Assembly: GCF_963921235.1 (NCBI RefSeq)
Contig: NC_086097.1
Span: 169,138,001-169,202,000, forward strand
From: Mobula hypostoma
Lineage: Eukaryota
Length of the DNA stretch: 64,000 nt
Reading direction: 5' to 3'
In this document: positions 14,058 to 25,799 of the stretch, piece after piece
How the letters are laid out: each line of letters opens with the position of its first letter
How positions within the stretch are numbered: position 1 is the stretch's first letter
Translations under genes and position numbers: made by a program
Notes under the pieces: model-generated
Database searches by the model: none
Seen by the model: the letters and a program-made list of their open reading frames with translations, nothing else
What the model was told of the DNA's origin: nothing

Positions 14058-14465
14058 CTCCAGTTACCTTATAAGGTAACCGTAGCCTTCAGCCAGAAGC
14101 AGATGTCATTAGGTGGTTCCCAACCTTCACCGAGTGTTTCGACCCTTAAGTACAACAGTCTCCAGTTGGTGGGCAGGCAGTGGTGGCCAAATCACTGCCC
14201 ATCTGCTCCTGGCTTCCAGCTTCCCTCCTCTCGCCTACTCCAAATCCAACAAGAGGCTCGTTCTGCCTCTTCCCCCATCCTATGAGCTGCTTGTTTTTTG
14301 CTCCTTTTGTCCAGGCCCAGATCTGACAACAACCACCATGCTGATTTGGCTGGGAAACCTCTGCAGCCGATCTCCACAGAGAACCACCATGCCTGCCATC
14401 CCTTGTCTTTACACTCCTGCACTTAGAGCTGGTACTTCAAGGCCTTTCTCTCGTGGGCCTCTGGA
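14058..14465 (-). mobile_element. HERO-like (RLE-type) non-LTR retrotransposon, 3' fragment
   Basis: EAHERKALKY...GWQAWWFSVEIGCRGF...EEAERASCWIW, the C-terminus of a restriction-like endonuclease, followed by a 3' UTR. Confidence 0.75.
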
Positions 14466-16034
14466 GAATGCACCCTAACAGGTGTATGTAATAAGTACAG
14501 CAACTACAACTGGGACACCTGTGATGATCTGAAAGAAGTAGCATTGCTACAGGAATGCAGCTCGCATACACCAAGTTGTTTCATTTGCAAATCGGACAGC
14601 AGTGCTAAAGAACCTCTTTACATTAAAAAGGACAGGCCACTCCATAACCAGTTGGTTCCAGGGCAGAAAAGTGTGGCACATAAGCCACTTATAGACCCAA
14701 AAAAGATATTTTTGCATCCTCTTCATATAAAACTGGAGCTCATAAAAAATCTGTGAAAGCGATGAATAAGGAAGTTGAAGGATTTTGATATCTAAGACAG
14801 ATAATTCCCAAAATAACTGGTGCCAAGAATAAGGAAGGCATTTTTGTTGGTCCACAAGTCAAACAGATCACCAATGACAGGCATTTTGAAGTACTTCTAA
14901 TGGGACTGGAGAAAATTGGAGGGAAGGCATTCAAGGATGTTGTTGAAAATTTTCTTGACAACTAGAGCACCAAGCTGTATGCAGCTGGTTGACAAATTGT
15001 TTCAAGCATACAAAACCATGAAGTGATGAAGTGCAACATGTCACTAAAGAATTATTTCCTGCATTCCCATTCAGACATCTTCGATGCAAATCTTGGCGCT
15101 ATCAGTGATGAGCATGGTGAAAGATTTCAATAGGACACTGCAGTCATGGAGAAACAGTATCAGGGCAACTGGAATCCATCAATGCTGGCAGATTATTGTT
15201 GGACACAGTGAGAATCGGCGGACACTGAGTACAAACAAAAATCATCAACAGAATATTTTTAGCTTAGTTGAACTATTGCAAACTGTCAGCACTGTTATGC
15301 AATTAAATGCATTATATTCAATAAACGTTAATTCCATGTTTCTCCAGATGCCTACTTGATACAAGTAGTCTGAAATTATATTTGTGTTCAGCTTTAAAGG
15401 GTCTATCATAACTACAAAAGAATTCTGAGGAAGCAACACTTTTGAAAAAATTTATTGTCCGGTGCAATAATTTTGAATGTGACAATGAAAATGAAGATTT
15501 GATGGATACAATCATCAAAAGCATTGTATGAAGGCAGCCCATCATCTACACTAGGTGTCTGCTAATTTTGTTAATTTACAGTGTACACTGGATTAATTCT
15601 TCCATCAACAACTATTAGGAACTATTACACAGTTTCATAGTACTATAGTAGTATTTATAGTGTTCTAATTTGCTCTGTATTTCATTTAAATACATAATTT
15701 GTTACTCAGTTAAAAAGTAGTTTGCCTTTTTTTATTTACCTTTTTAACTATTTCCATGAAACTTCGGTTAATTGGTGCAGGTGCTTAATTGGACCAAAAT
15801 ATACTGGTCGGGATGTGTCCCTATGCACTGTATTCCCACAAGCCTTCTTTTGGGTGGCAGAGGTTTCCGATTTGGGAGCCAGCACAAATCATTTGGGAAG
15901 TGAAAACTGGTATTTGCAGAAAGTGAATGTTAAGTCTGAAGACACAATGCCAAACCACAGGTTGTTTTACTCTGGTGGTGTCAAGCTTCTTGGTTGTTAC
16001 AGAGACAGAATTTGCTGCAGGTACTGCACCTAGA

Positions 16035-16182
16035 GTGAAGAAACAAACTACTGGAGAGACTCAGCAGGTCATGCATTATGGAGGCAGGAATTGATGCAGG
16101 GTCTTGACCCAAAATATCAACTATCCCTTAGCCTCCACAGATGTTGCCTAACCTGCTGAGTTCCTTCAGCAGTTTGTTTTCT
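16035..16182. mobile_element. Miniature inverted PLE pLTR derivative
   Basis: aaacaaactactggagagactcagcagg is inverted against cctgctgagttccttcagcagtttgttt, around a decayed hammerhead. Confidence 0.6.
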
Positions 16183-16398
16183 CATTGGTTGTTATGGGAG
16201 TTGTATCTTCCCTAGCAATTGAAAAGTATTCTTTTTTTCTTCATATTCCCTACTTCTCTTTATAATGGTTCCAAATTTAAAATTGAATTATGTTAAGCAT
16301 AAAGGTGACAATCATGGGGAAAAAATAAATCATTAAAACAATCGGATCCCATTTACAAGGTTAAAAGCAACATTTACAAAAGCTTGGAACTCACTTAC

Positions 16399-16437
16399 AG
16401 AACAAGTACTTTCCTTCTTCAAGCAATATCCTTAAAG
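16399..16437 (-). other. Candidate 39-nt exon
   Basis: Acceptor taattcttttgtag|C and tandem donors gtaagt/gtgagt in an AT-rich unique context. Confidence 0.45.
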
Positions 16438-16834
16438 CTACAAAAGAATTACAATTTGCTCTTCATAATATATAATCATTTTACGATAATTAAAGATAAA
16501 ATTCCTACTTTAAACAAATAATGAAAAAAGCAAATTATTTTCTTCAAATGTAAACTTTTTTCACTGAAATGTGCATTGTCAAAACTGAATGTTGTCATTT
16601 GAGATTGGGACTGAAATAGAAGTCAAAATGACATAAAATTGGTTAATAAAATGTTGAAGAACTACTAATTAAATGACAAATGGCACCATTTCAAAATTCA
16701 CTTTTTAAATATTTTGTATTAAACATGTAATATTTTCCACTGTATGAGATCAGACAATAAAGTTGTTATGCTTATTATTACATTACCAACTCTCCAGAAA
16801 GGATGCCATAGTCAATCAGCTTTATTAAATATTA

Positions 16835-17625
16835 TGTAACGCCCTGGTTAAGATTTTACTACTATGCTGTAAGCCTTTCATTTTAGCAGTTCTACAAGAG
16901 CAGTCTGTTCTGCTTTTAGCTTGTTTGGGTTTGAGCTGAGATAAAAGGCTTGTTGTTCAACTTAAGAATGTGGTGTCAGCCATTCAGGATGGTAGAATTG
17001 TGAGAAGGTTCTAGAGAACACTGGGCGAAAAGGTCTTTGTTGGCGGCAGCTGGGAGAAGACAGGCGGGAAGATGGTGGAGGATGCTGTCCCTGTTGCACA
17101 AGGTGCTTTGTGCAAATGAATGGCTTGGAGGAGGAAGGACCAATACTCCCGTGGGAGAGCCCATTTGTTCAAGATGGATTTTGAGCGACTTTCAGAAGGT
17201 AGTGTGCGCTTTCACACAGACCGAGGGTCCAGTGCGTGATTTACAGACAAGTTCAAGATTTGAGCTCCACTGTGCACATGCGACTGTTCAAGTATAATGG
17301 GCGCTTTTTGTTTTTTTTCTATCTTTCCTTCAATAACTGTTTGCTTAAGTTAACATTCTTAAATATACTTCTGATTAACTGTATGCAGTGTACGATCTGT
17401 TATTTCTTGCCGACTGGCAAGGGCCAGGACAGTAAATCACACAGCATTCACACAAACCAGGGTTTGGGTGGGCGAGACATCTCAACTTCACAGATTTGGC
17501 AGGACCAAAGTTATATACACCCTAGGTATATGAAGCCTGAGAAAGGTGAGTTTCTCGACGTGGAATCCAGTGGCGAGGGGCTAACGAGCCACATTTCCAG
17601 AGACACCCAGTAAAAGAGGGTTTCA
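16835..17625 (+). mobile_element. Probable solo LTR (Gypsy-type)
   Basis: TG...CA termini with imperfect inverted ends (tgtaacgccc / gagggtttca), a sharp GC rise, and flanks atta/gtta. Confidence 0.55.
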
Positions 17626-19353
17626 GTTAAATCAACATATGTCATGAAATGGCAAAATGTGAAGTCATCAACTAACTTTAAAATATTTCGTAACATTTTC
17701 TGTAAAGTATTTTTGGAAAGGGAACTGAGATTTGGTTGTCACTAATTTACTGGATATGTGATGAGTAGTACTTGCACTCTGTTAACATTACTCTTGTTGA
17801 AGTACTCTCAATTACACATCTTATCAAAATACAGAGCCACCATACTCTTAATAACTCAGTGAATTCAACAAATACTTTAAATTCTGTTTCATAATTTCAT
17901 TATACCCAAGACTTGACCTACATTGCGATCCTGTAGAAAATGAAAATTCAGCAATATTGGGACTCTTCTAAACTGCTTATTTTTCCAGGATCACTGGCCT
18001 GCATCTCTGCAACTTTCATTCTAGGTTACCCAACTCCAGACACTATACTCACCTGTTTCTCACCAGACACCATGAACCAAACTAAGTGCTTCTCTGGACT
18101 GAAGTAATGAATTGTTTTGCACCAACTGACATGTATTGCAAACAAAATCAATAGTTATTTGGGCAAAACTCTCTGGGATAACACAAACTTTGATGTTTCA
18201 ACAAGGTATTTTAAAATCTGTTATTTAGTTTAAGTTATTTTATCCCCAACAAATGAACGTGCCTACTGACATGTGAAACTTACCACAATCAATAGAAATA
18301 ATATTTCCCCATAATTTTGTTTGTTCTGCCCGAAATTAACTTTGAGTTCATCCTGCAATTTACTTAAGGCATTATTGTATCCTTCTCTTGTGTGAAAGGC
18401 TCTGAAGAGCAAGCAAAATAGATTGCAAAAGGAACTTATTTACAAAAATACAGATTCAATGTGGTTTTAGGAGGTACAGTCAAAGTGATTTTAAATTTTA
18501 GCCCCTGAAAGCCAATAATGGAGAGAAATTAAGTCTTAATGTAATAGATGGCATGGCAATCAGATCAGCTACTTTGACCTATTTGGAGACCTTCACCCTG
18601 GAATGCATAATTTCATCACCCGTCTCGCATAATAAGAAACTGAAGAAAGAGGAAGCCATTCTGCCCTTCACATCTCCTTGACTATTCAATAAGATCATGG
18701 TTGATTCTTTTACCTCAGCACCACGTTCTAGCATTCTTCGCAGCTAACAAGTCAAGGGTTATCAACTCAATGCAGAGTACCAAGTCTCTACCTTATTCTT
18801 GCAGTTGTCTGTATAAAGGTTCAGATAAATCTCTGGCCCATGACAAATTTTCCCACCATTAGAGTAATATTGAGTTATATTTGAGGACTGTAATGTCATA
18901 TAATTTTCAAGATAAGGTAGCGAGATTCCTTCTTATTTGAGGTGATCAATACCTGGAACATATTTGCACTACACTTCAGCTCAAATCAAAATATTGCCTG
19001 TGTCTTTATAAAAGAAGGCAGGATAACTTCATTGAACAACTGATATGACAGCCCCCAAACAAAATGTGTTTCCTTCTCCTGTTGGCACCATCACCTATTC
19101 TCCCCGCACTACCCAATGACTTCATGTTTACAGGGATTCCTTGCTGCTACATTACGTCATGGACACTGCTCTTGAACTGCCATTCCCTATCCCAAAAAGT
19201 CAAGCAAACAACTTTTAAAACCCTGATTAAAATGCAAAAAACTGCAAATGCTAGAAGTATAAAATAAAAACAAAAAATAATGGAAATATTCAGATCATGT
19301 AGTATCTAAAGAAGTGCCATTGACCTAAACTCATCAATCATTTCTCTCCAAAT

Positions 19354-20349
19354 TGTGACTAGTGGTGTCCAACAAGGATCTGTTCTGGGACCTCTACTTT
19401 TCGTGATTTTTGTTAACGACCTGGATGTGGGGGTAGAAGCGTGGGTTGGCAAGTTTGCAGACGACACAAAGGTTGGTGGTGTTGTAGATAGTGTAGAGGA
19501 TTGTCGAAGATTGCAGAGAGACATTGATAGGATGCAGAAGTGGGCTGAGAAGTGGCAGATGGAATTCAACCCGGAGAAGTGTGAGGTGGTACACTTTGGA
19601 AGGACAAACTCCAAGGGAGAGTACAAAGTAAATGACAGGATACTTGGTAGTATGGAGGAGCAGAGGGATCTCGGGGTACATGTCCACAGATCCCTGAAAG
19701 TTGCCTCACAGGTGGATAGGGTAGTTAAGAAAGCTTATGGGGTGTTAGCTTTCATAAGTCAAGGGATAGAGTTTAAGAGTTGCGATGTAATGATGCAGCT
19801 CTATAAAACTCTGGTTAGGCCGCATTTGGAGTACTGTGTCCAGTTCTGGTCACCTCACTATAGGAAGGATGTGGAAGCATTGGAAAGGGTACAGAGGAGA
19901 TTTACCAGGATGCTGCCTGGTTTAGAAAGTATGCATTATGATCAGAGATTAAGGGAGCTAGGGCTTTACTCTTTGGAGAGAAGGATGATGAGAGGAGACA
20001 TGATAGAGGTGTACAAGATAATAAGAGGAATAAATAGAGTGGATAGCCAGCGCCTCTTCCCCAGGGCACCACTGCTCAGTACAAGAGGACATGGCTTTAA
20101 GGTAAGGGGTGAGAAGTTCAAGGGAGATATTAGAGGAAGCTTTTTTACTCAGAGAGTGGTTGGTGCGTGGAATGCACTGCCTGAGTCAGTGGTGGAGGCA
20201 GATACACTAGTGAAGTTTAAGAGACTACTAGACAGGTATATGGAGGAATTTAAGGTGGGGGCTTATATGGGAGGCAGGGTTTGAGGGTCAGCACAACATT
20301 GTGGGCCGAAGAGCCTGTACTGTGCTGTACTACTCTATGTTCTATGTTC
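19354..20349 (+). mobile_element. Young 5'-truncated CR1 LINE
   Basis: Uninterrupted 309-aa RT C-terminal frame and a (ctatgtt)n tail. Confidence 0.95.
19355..20284 (+). pseudogene. CR1 ORF2 fragment (RT C-terminal half), open but 5'-truncated
   Basis: SGVQQGSVLGPLLF, FVNDLD, KFADDTK, LVRPHLEYCVQFWSP. Confidence 0.9.
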
Positions 20350-22194
20350 AAATGGCCTTCTCCTGTTTCAGTTTATTGTGTTCTTATACAAAGATGATGC
20401 ATACTACTGGATGAGGGTCAAATTGTTCAAAGCAGCCTATTTAATTGTCATCCTTCCTATTACTTTAAGCATTCACTTCCTCTCCATCCCTGGCCCACTA
20501 AAGCTGAAATATGCATTTTGTATAAGAGGTACTTCACCAACTTCTTCAATAGCACATCCTCAATCCACTGCCAGACCAGCTGAATTCATTCAGCATGTTC
20601 GGCTTTCCGACTTCAAAACGGTCGTGCAGTTATAAAAACCACTAAAGGTACACAAGGGTTGCTACTCCTTCTGCATGCCTACATAAGTTCATTCAGCATA
20701 TTTTATCCAGCTTCAAGGAAGATGATTAGAACATCCCTATATGTGAAAAGCACTCCAAACCTAAGGTGTGTTGCAGTTGAAACACAACATAGGTTACCTG
20801 AAAAGGTTCCAGTGCAGACAAACTATGACAGAAACACAGAAATGAAACCTACAATTACATAGTCCTTTTAACAAAGGACCCAACCACTTGACCTTCATTT
20901 ATATGCAGACAACCTATCAAAGAGGAAGGTACTGAGCAACACAATCAAATATCATGATCAAGAGTACTGACTTTTATAATAGGTATAAAAAAAACGTAAA
21001 AGGCTTAGGTATGTAATTCAGAACAATAGATCCCAAACATCTAAAGGCATGCATAGCCATCAGTTGTTGGAGGGAAAGAGAAAAGTACAAGAGGCCAGTT
21101 TTAGATGAATAATTTGCAGAATGGTGAGGCATATAGTATTTAGGGAGGAGGTATTAAACAATGAAAGGATTGAAATGCAGGAATTGTAGTTATTAAAAAT
21201 GCATGGAATTACAATGGTTTAACGAGTGTTATTCCAAGTTAAGAAAGTCTTCACTGTTGTTAAAGAATGCTGTTTTCACAGTTTAATCTGTATATACTTG
21301 TTCACAATTTATATTTAAAAAATCAAGAAATTAATTTTAAGTTTCAGGGCATTAAGTGACCTGTTTATGCTTCCTTCCATTTCTGGTAATTATTTTCCAT
21401 ATTAAAACAAAAAGCATTTTGAATGCAATGGTGGTACTTATGGAAAATCAGAGATTTTTGGGGGGAGGGATGTTATTAAACATTAAAAATTGAATTTCCA
21501 CTAATTACATCAGCACAATCTAGGCAAAATCAGCTGGATCTGCAGAAGAGATGAGAAAATTTCACACATATTCAAATTAAACTAAAGATATCATAGGCTG
21601 TGCTTACTACAGCCTTTTATATCTATACATGATTTAATTTTCGTTAGTCTGTCTTGATCCACAATCTCAGTGAAAAACTGCAAGATTCTGATTATATGGT
21701 TTGTGGAGTGCTTCAGATTTACACTTACTCTTTCCATTACTTCTTCCCATAGTTATGAATTTAACAACAATGCCAAAATGAAAATATTAGATGGGTTGCT
21801 AAAGCTTCAAGACATTTTCAGCAACTTTAAAATCAAGTAACTCATGATGAGGGTTGGGGGAATGAGAGGACAAAGACTGGACAACCTTATTAACACAGCT
21901 ATTACTTCCTGATAAACCTATTTTCAGCCTTTTTTAAATATTTGTTTCAGACATACATATTTTATGATGGAAAAAATCATAAAATATGTTGTTTAACTAT
22001 GTACTCATTCACTAAAGATCTTCCATTTGTTTTAACTGAAACATAACCCAAGCTAATCTACACAATTTAAAGTATATTTTGACACAAGATTTCTACTGTA
22101 TTTCAGCAATTCCACCAAAAATATTTACATAATTATTACTGACATTCAACTGGTTTGTTCAATAAAACGTAGCACTTCAAAGCAAGAATATAAT

Positions 22195-22985
22195 GCTACA
22201 ACTGTATAAGGAATGAAGGAATGGGCCAAACTGTATTTGGAGTATTGTGAGCAGTTTTGGGCCCATATCTAAGAATGGATGTGATTTATTTCCCAGCTCT
22301 TTACTTCACCCCTCCTTCTCCCGGTTTCACCTATCACCTTGTGTTTCTTCCTCCCCTCCCCCCACCTCCTTACTCTGAATCCTCTTCTTCTTTCCTCCAG
22401 TTCTGATGAAGGGTCTTGGCCCAAAATATCGACAGTATGCTGAGTTCCTCAAGCATTTTGTATGTGTTGCTTGGATTTCCAACATTTGCAGATTTTCTCC
22501 TGTTTGTGAAGGATGTGCTGGCATTGGAAAGGGTCCAGATGTGGTTTACAAGCATGATCATGGGAATGAAAAGGTTAAAGTATAATGAGCATTTGATGAT
22601 GCCTGGCTTGTATTTGCTGGAGTTTAGAAGAATTGAGGAGGGGATCTCATTAAAACCTACCAAATATTAAAAGGCCTAGATATAGTGAGTCCTCTGGTCC
22701 TAGATTCAGAATGCAAGCACATCCCTTTAGAACAGAGATGAGCAGGAATATCTTTACCCAGAGGGTGGTGAATCTGTGGAACTCATCGCCACAGTTAGCT
22801 ATGGAAGCCACATCATTTAAAGCCGAGGTTGATAGGTTCTTGAATAGGAATGGTGTCAAAGGTTATGGGAAGAAAGCAGTAGGAGAGTGGGGTTGAGAAG
22901 GAAAAAAGCAGCCAGAATCAAATGGTGGAGCAGACTTAATGGGCTGAATGGCCTAAATCTGCTCCTATGCCTTATGGTGTTATGC
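22195..22985 (+). mobile_element. CR1 3' end interrupted by a PLE pLTR (about 22284-22509)
   Basis: The CR1 frame resumes after the insert; ggatgtg is duplicated at the insert borders; hammerhead-like ctgatgaagggtcttggccc near 22403. Confidence 0.8.
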
Positions 22986-23317
22986 CCGTCTGTGTTAGAG
23001 AAAATCAAGATGTTTCACTAGTGCTTATCAGGACTGATATTGTGATCTTTAACATATTTCTCCAAAGATATTGACTTAGACGTTAGGTAACTAGTTTCCA
23101 TTAGTCTAACAAATACTGTTCTATTTTGATATATAATAAATTATAAGAATTAGACTTTGTAACTTTAACCTGACAAAAATCATATTTTTGCATTCCTTAA
23201 ACGAACAGTCAAATATAGTAATCAACAATCTTAACTGCTTTGTTAAAGCCTATTTGCTTTATTATTAATTTTAACTTAGAAATATTTTCCAAAACAAAAC
23301 GAATTCTGTTAAATATA

Positions 23318-24229
23318 TAAGGAAGAGAACATTTGCAGATGCTGGAAATCCGAGCAATACACACAAAATGCTGGAGGAACTCAGCAGGCCAGGCAGCATC
23401 TATGGAAAAAAGTACAGTCAATGTTTTGGGTCCAAATCCTTCGGCAGGACTGGAGAGAAAAAAAGCTGAGGAGTAGATTTGAAAGATGGGGGCGGGGGGG
23501 GGGAAGAGAAATGCCAAGCGATAGGTGAAATTTGGAGGGACAGGGATGAAGAAAGAGCTAGGAAGTTGATTGGTGAAAGAAACAAAAGGCCATGGGAGAA
23601 AGAAGAAAGTGGGGAGAGGAGACCTAGAGGGAGGTGATGGGCGGGCAAGGAGATAACATGACAGAGGGACAAGGGGATTGGAAATGGTGAAGGGGGGAGG
23701 GTGGAGGCCAGAACAAGTGTGATCTCCCAGTGGCCACCCATTTCCATTCCAATACATCCATCCATAGCCTCCTCCACTGTCAGGATAGGGACACACTTAG
23801 GTTGGGAGAACAACACCTTATATTCCGTTTCGGTAACCTCCAAACTGATGGCACGATCATCAATTTCTCCAACTTCCGATAATGCCTCTATCCTGCCCCC
23901 TTCACCATTTCCTATCCCCTTGTCCCTCTCTCACGTTATCTCTTAGCCAGCCCATCGCCTCCTCTGGTACTCCTCCGCCCACCCCCCTTTTCTTCTTTCT
24001 TCCATGGCCTTCTGTCTCTTTCACCAACCAACTTCCTAGCTCTTTGCTTCATCCCTACCCATCCAAGTTTCACCTATCACCTGGCGTTTCTCTCTATCCT
24101 ACCCCCACCTTTCAAATCTACTCCTCAGCTTTTTTCCTCCAGTCCTTCGGCCCAAAACGTTGACTGTACTTCTTTCCATAGATGCTGCCTGGCCTGCTGA
24201 ATTCCTCCAGCATTTTGTGTGTGTTGTTA
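23318..24229 (+). mobile_element. Penelope-like element with inverted 5' pLTR
   Basis: Minus-strand pLTR at about 23320-23700, then GIY-YIG C-terminal relic (LGWENNTL in the ORF track) and a plus-strand pLTR; 11-bp TSD tgttaaatata at 23307-23317 and 24230-24240. Confidence 0.85.
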
Positions 24230-24624
24230 TGTTAAATATACATTGACTCAATTTTGACTTTAACAATGAGACATTAATAAAGCAAAAACATTTTTAAAAA
24301 GCACAATTAGGATTCAATAACTTGTTCCTGTTTTTCTACACACCCAACCTCCAACCAGGTGTTTTTTTAAATCATAACCAATTGTGCCTGAAAAAGGCTT
24401 TTGAAATTGTGCCCTAACTTTTTCTTAAACTGTGTCAGAATGAAACACTTAAAGTGCTGACACAAAGGATGCAGACATCCCACCTCTCCCGGAAGTTCCG
24501 TGAGTCTCCCGCATATCGATAGTGACTCCCTGACGCTCGGAAATTATATACGATATCCCAGAAATAGATTTTTTTGAGAGGGAGAGGGAGAGCGAGCAAC
24601 CTGATTGGTCTCTCTTCCTCCTAA

Positions 24625-25799
24625 GAGTGGTCCCCAACCACCGGGCCACGAGGAAACAATATGATTTGATGATATGAAACGATATGAGTCAGCTGCACCT
24701 TTCCTCATTCCCTGTCATGCACTGTTGAATTTTAACGCGCGCGAGGTCATCAGTGACCCAAGACATGCAAAGGAATAGGTCTGTGGCCCATTTGTGAATG
24801 TCCCCAGAGAATCATCCATGTCAGCGCGGGAAGAAGATCAACTCCTCGAGTTTGCAAATGACGGCGGGCTGAAAAGTATGTTTGACATAACATCTCTGCC
24901 AGCATTCCGGATCAAAGTCAAGGCTGAATATCTTGAGATAGCCACGAAATCACTGAAAACGTTGCTTCCATTTCCAACATATTTCTGCGAAGCGGAGTTT
25001 TCTGCAATGAATGCAACGAAAACTAAATTGCGGAATAGACTGGACATAAGGACCCTTCGAGTATCGCTGTCTCCCATCACCCCTCGATGGCATCATCTTG
25101 TTGCAGGGAAACAAGCCCAGGGCTCCCACTGGTTCAGCGATATTGGTATGTTGCAATGATTTTATATGTTCATACAAGGAAAATATGCGCTGTGTGTTTA
25201 ATATCCAAACGTTACTTAAAATGTTATGATGCTATTAACTTATAAGTGACTTATAATTCAGTGGTCCATAACCTCCGGGCCGCAAAGAATACCGTACAGC
25301 GGTGGCCGGAACACACCCAGCACATCTTTAAGAAAAAAGCCGAAATAAACAAGCTAATTAATTAGGTGCCGCCCAGCACGTAAATGTCGGCCCAGATCAG
25401 AGACGATTGCCGATTGCGTCGTCTCTGATCTGGGCGGACATTTACGTGTCAGGCAGCACCTAATCAATTAGCTTGTTTATTTCGGCTTTTTTCTTAAAGA
25501 TGTGTTGGGTGCATTCTTGCTACAGCTGTACCGCTGCATTCTTCGCGGCCCAGAGGTTTGGGACCACTGTTATAATTGACTTATCACTACATTCATGCGA
25601 GGAAAATATGCGCTGTGTGTTTAATATTAAATTCGTTAGATAAACCCCTTTAGAAATGAAATTGAGTGTATTAGCCACTTACAAGTGACGTATAGTTGAC
25701 TAATTACCTATATTCTGGTCGTGTTTAACACCCCCCACCACCCCCCGTCAGGTGGTCCGCAAGAATATTGTCAATATTAAACCAGGCTGGGGGCCCCTG
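24625..25799 (+). mobile_element. hAT (Charlie-like) deletion derivative
   Basis: ORF 24794-25159 with LLPFPTYFCEAEFSAM..KTKLRNRLD (hAT dimerisation domain); TIR-like ends gagtggtccccaacc / ggctgggggcccctg. Confidence 0.8.
25259..25569. mobile_element. 311-bp palindromic hAT MITE
   Basis: cagtggtcc...ggaccactg with near whole-length self-complementarity; perfect 8-bp TSD ttataatt at 25251-25258 and 25570-25577. Confidence 0.92.

Larger units (their letters stand above)
12544..15464 (+). mobile_element. Chapaev3-like (CMC superfamily) DNA transposon, near full length, inactivated
   Basis: Motifs FCYIC, APHICC..C, ITQSELNDLVRD, PLHIKL.L.KN, KEGIFVGPQ, LGAISDEHGERF, PSMLADYCW; 3' end ...gtccggtg; 3-bp flanking repeat caa. 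Confidence 0.7.
12117..15830. mobile_element. pogo/Tigger-like non-autonomous element hosting the Chapaev3 insertion
   Basis: TA|cagt...actg|TA ends; the sequence is continuous across the insert (gacattga-caa-taattttg). Confidence 0.55.

Noticed and set aside
14383..14481. Spliced-out intron explaining the gap in the inverted copy (the segment ends in ctaacag)
   Set aside because: No GT or GC donor at the 5' border on either strand
16835..17625. 5' LTR partner of the Gypsy element at 58-61 kb
   Set aside because: No visible similarity to 61378-61592, and 40 kb away
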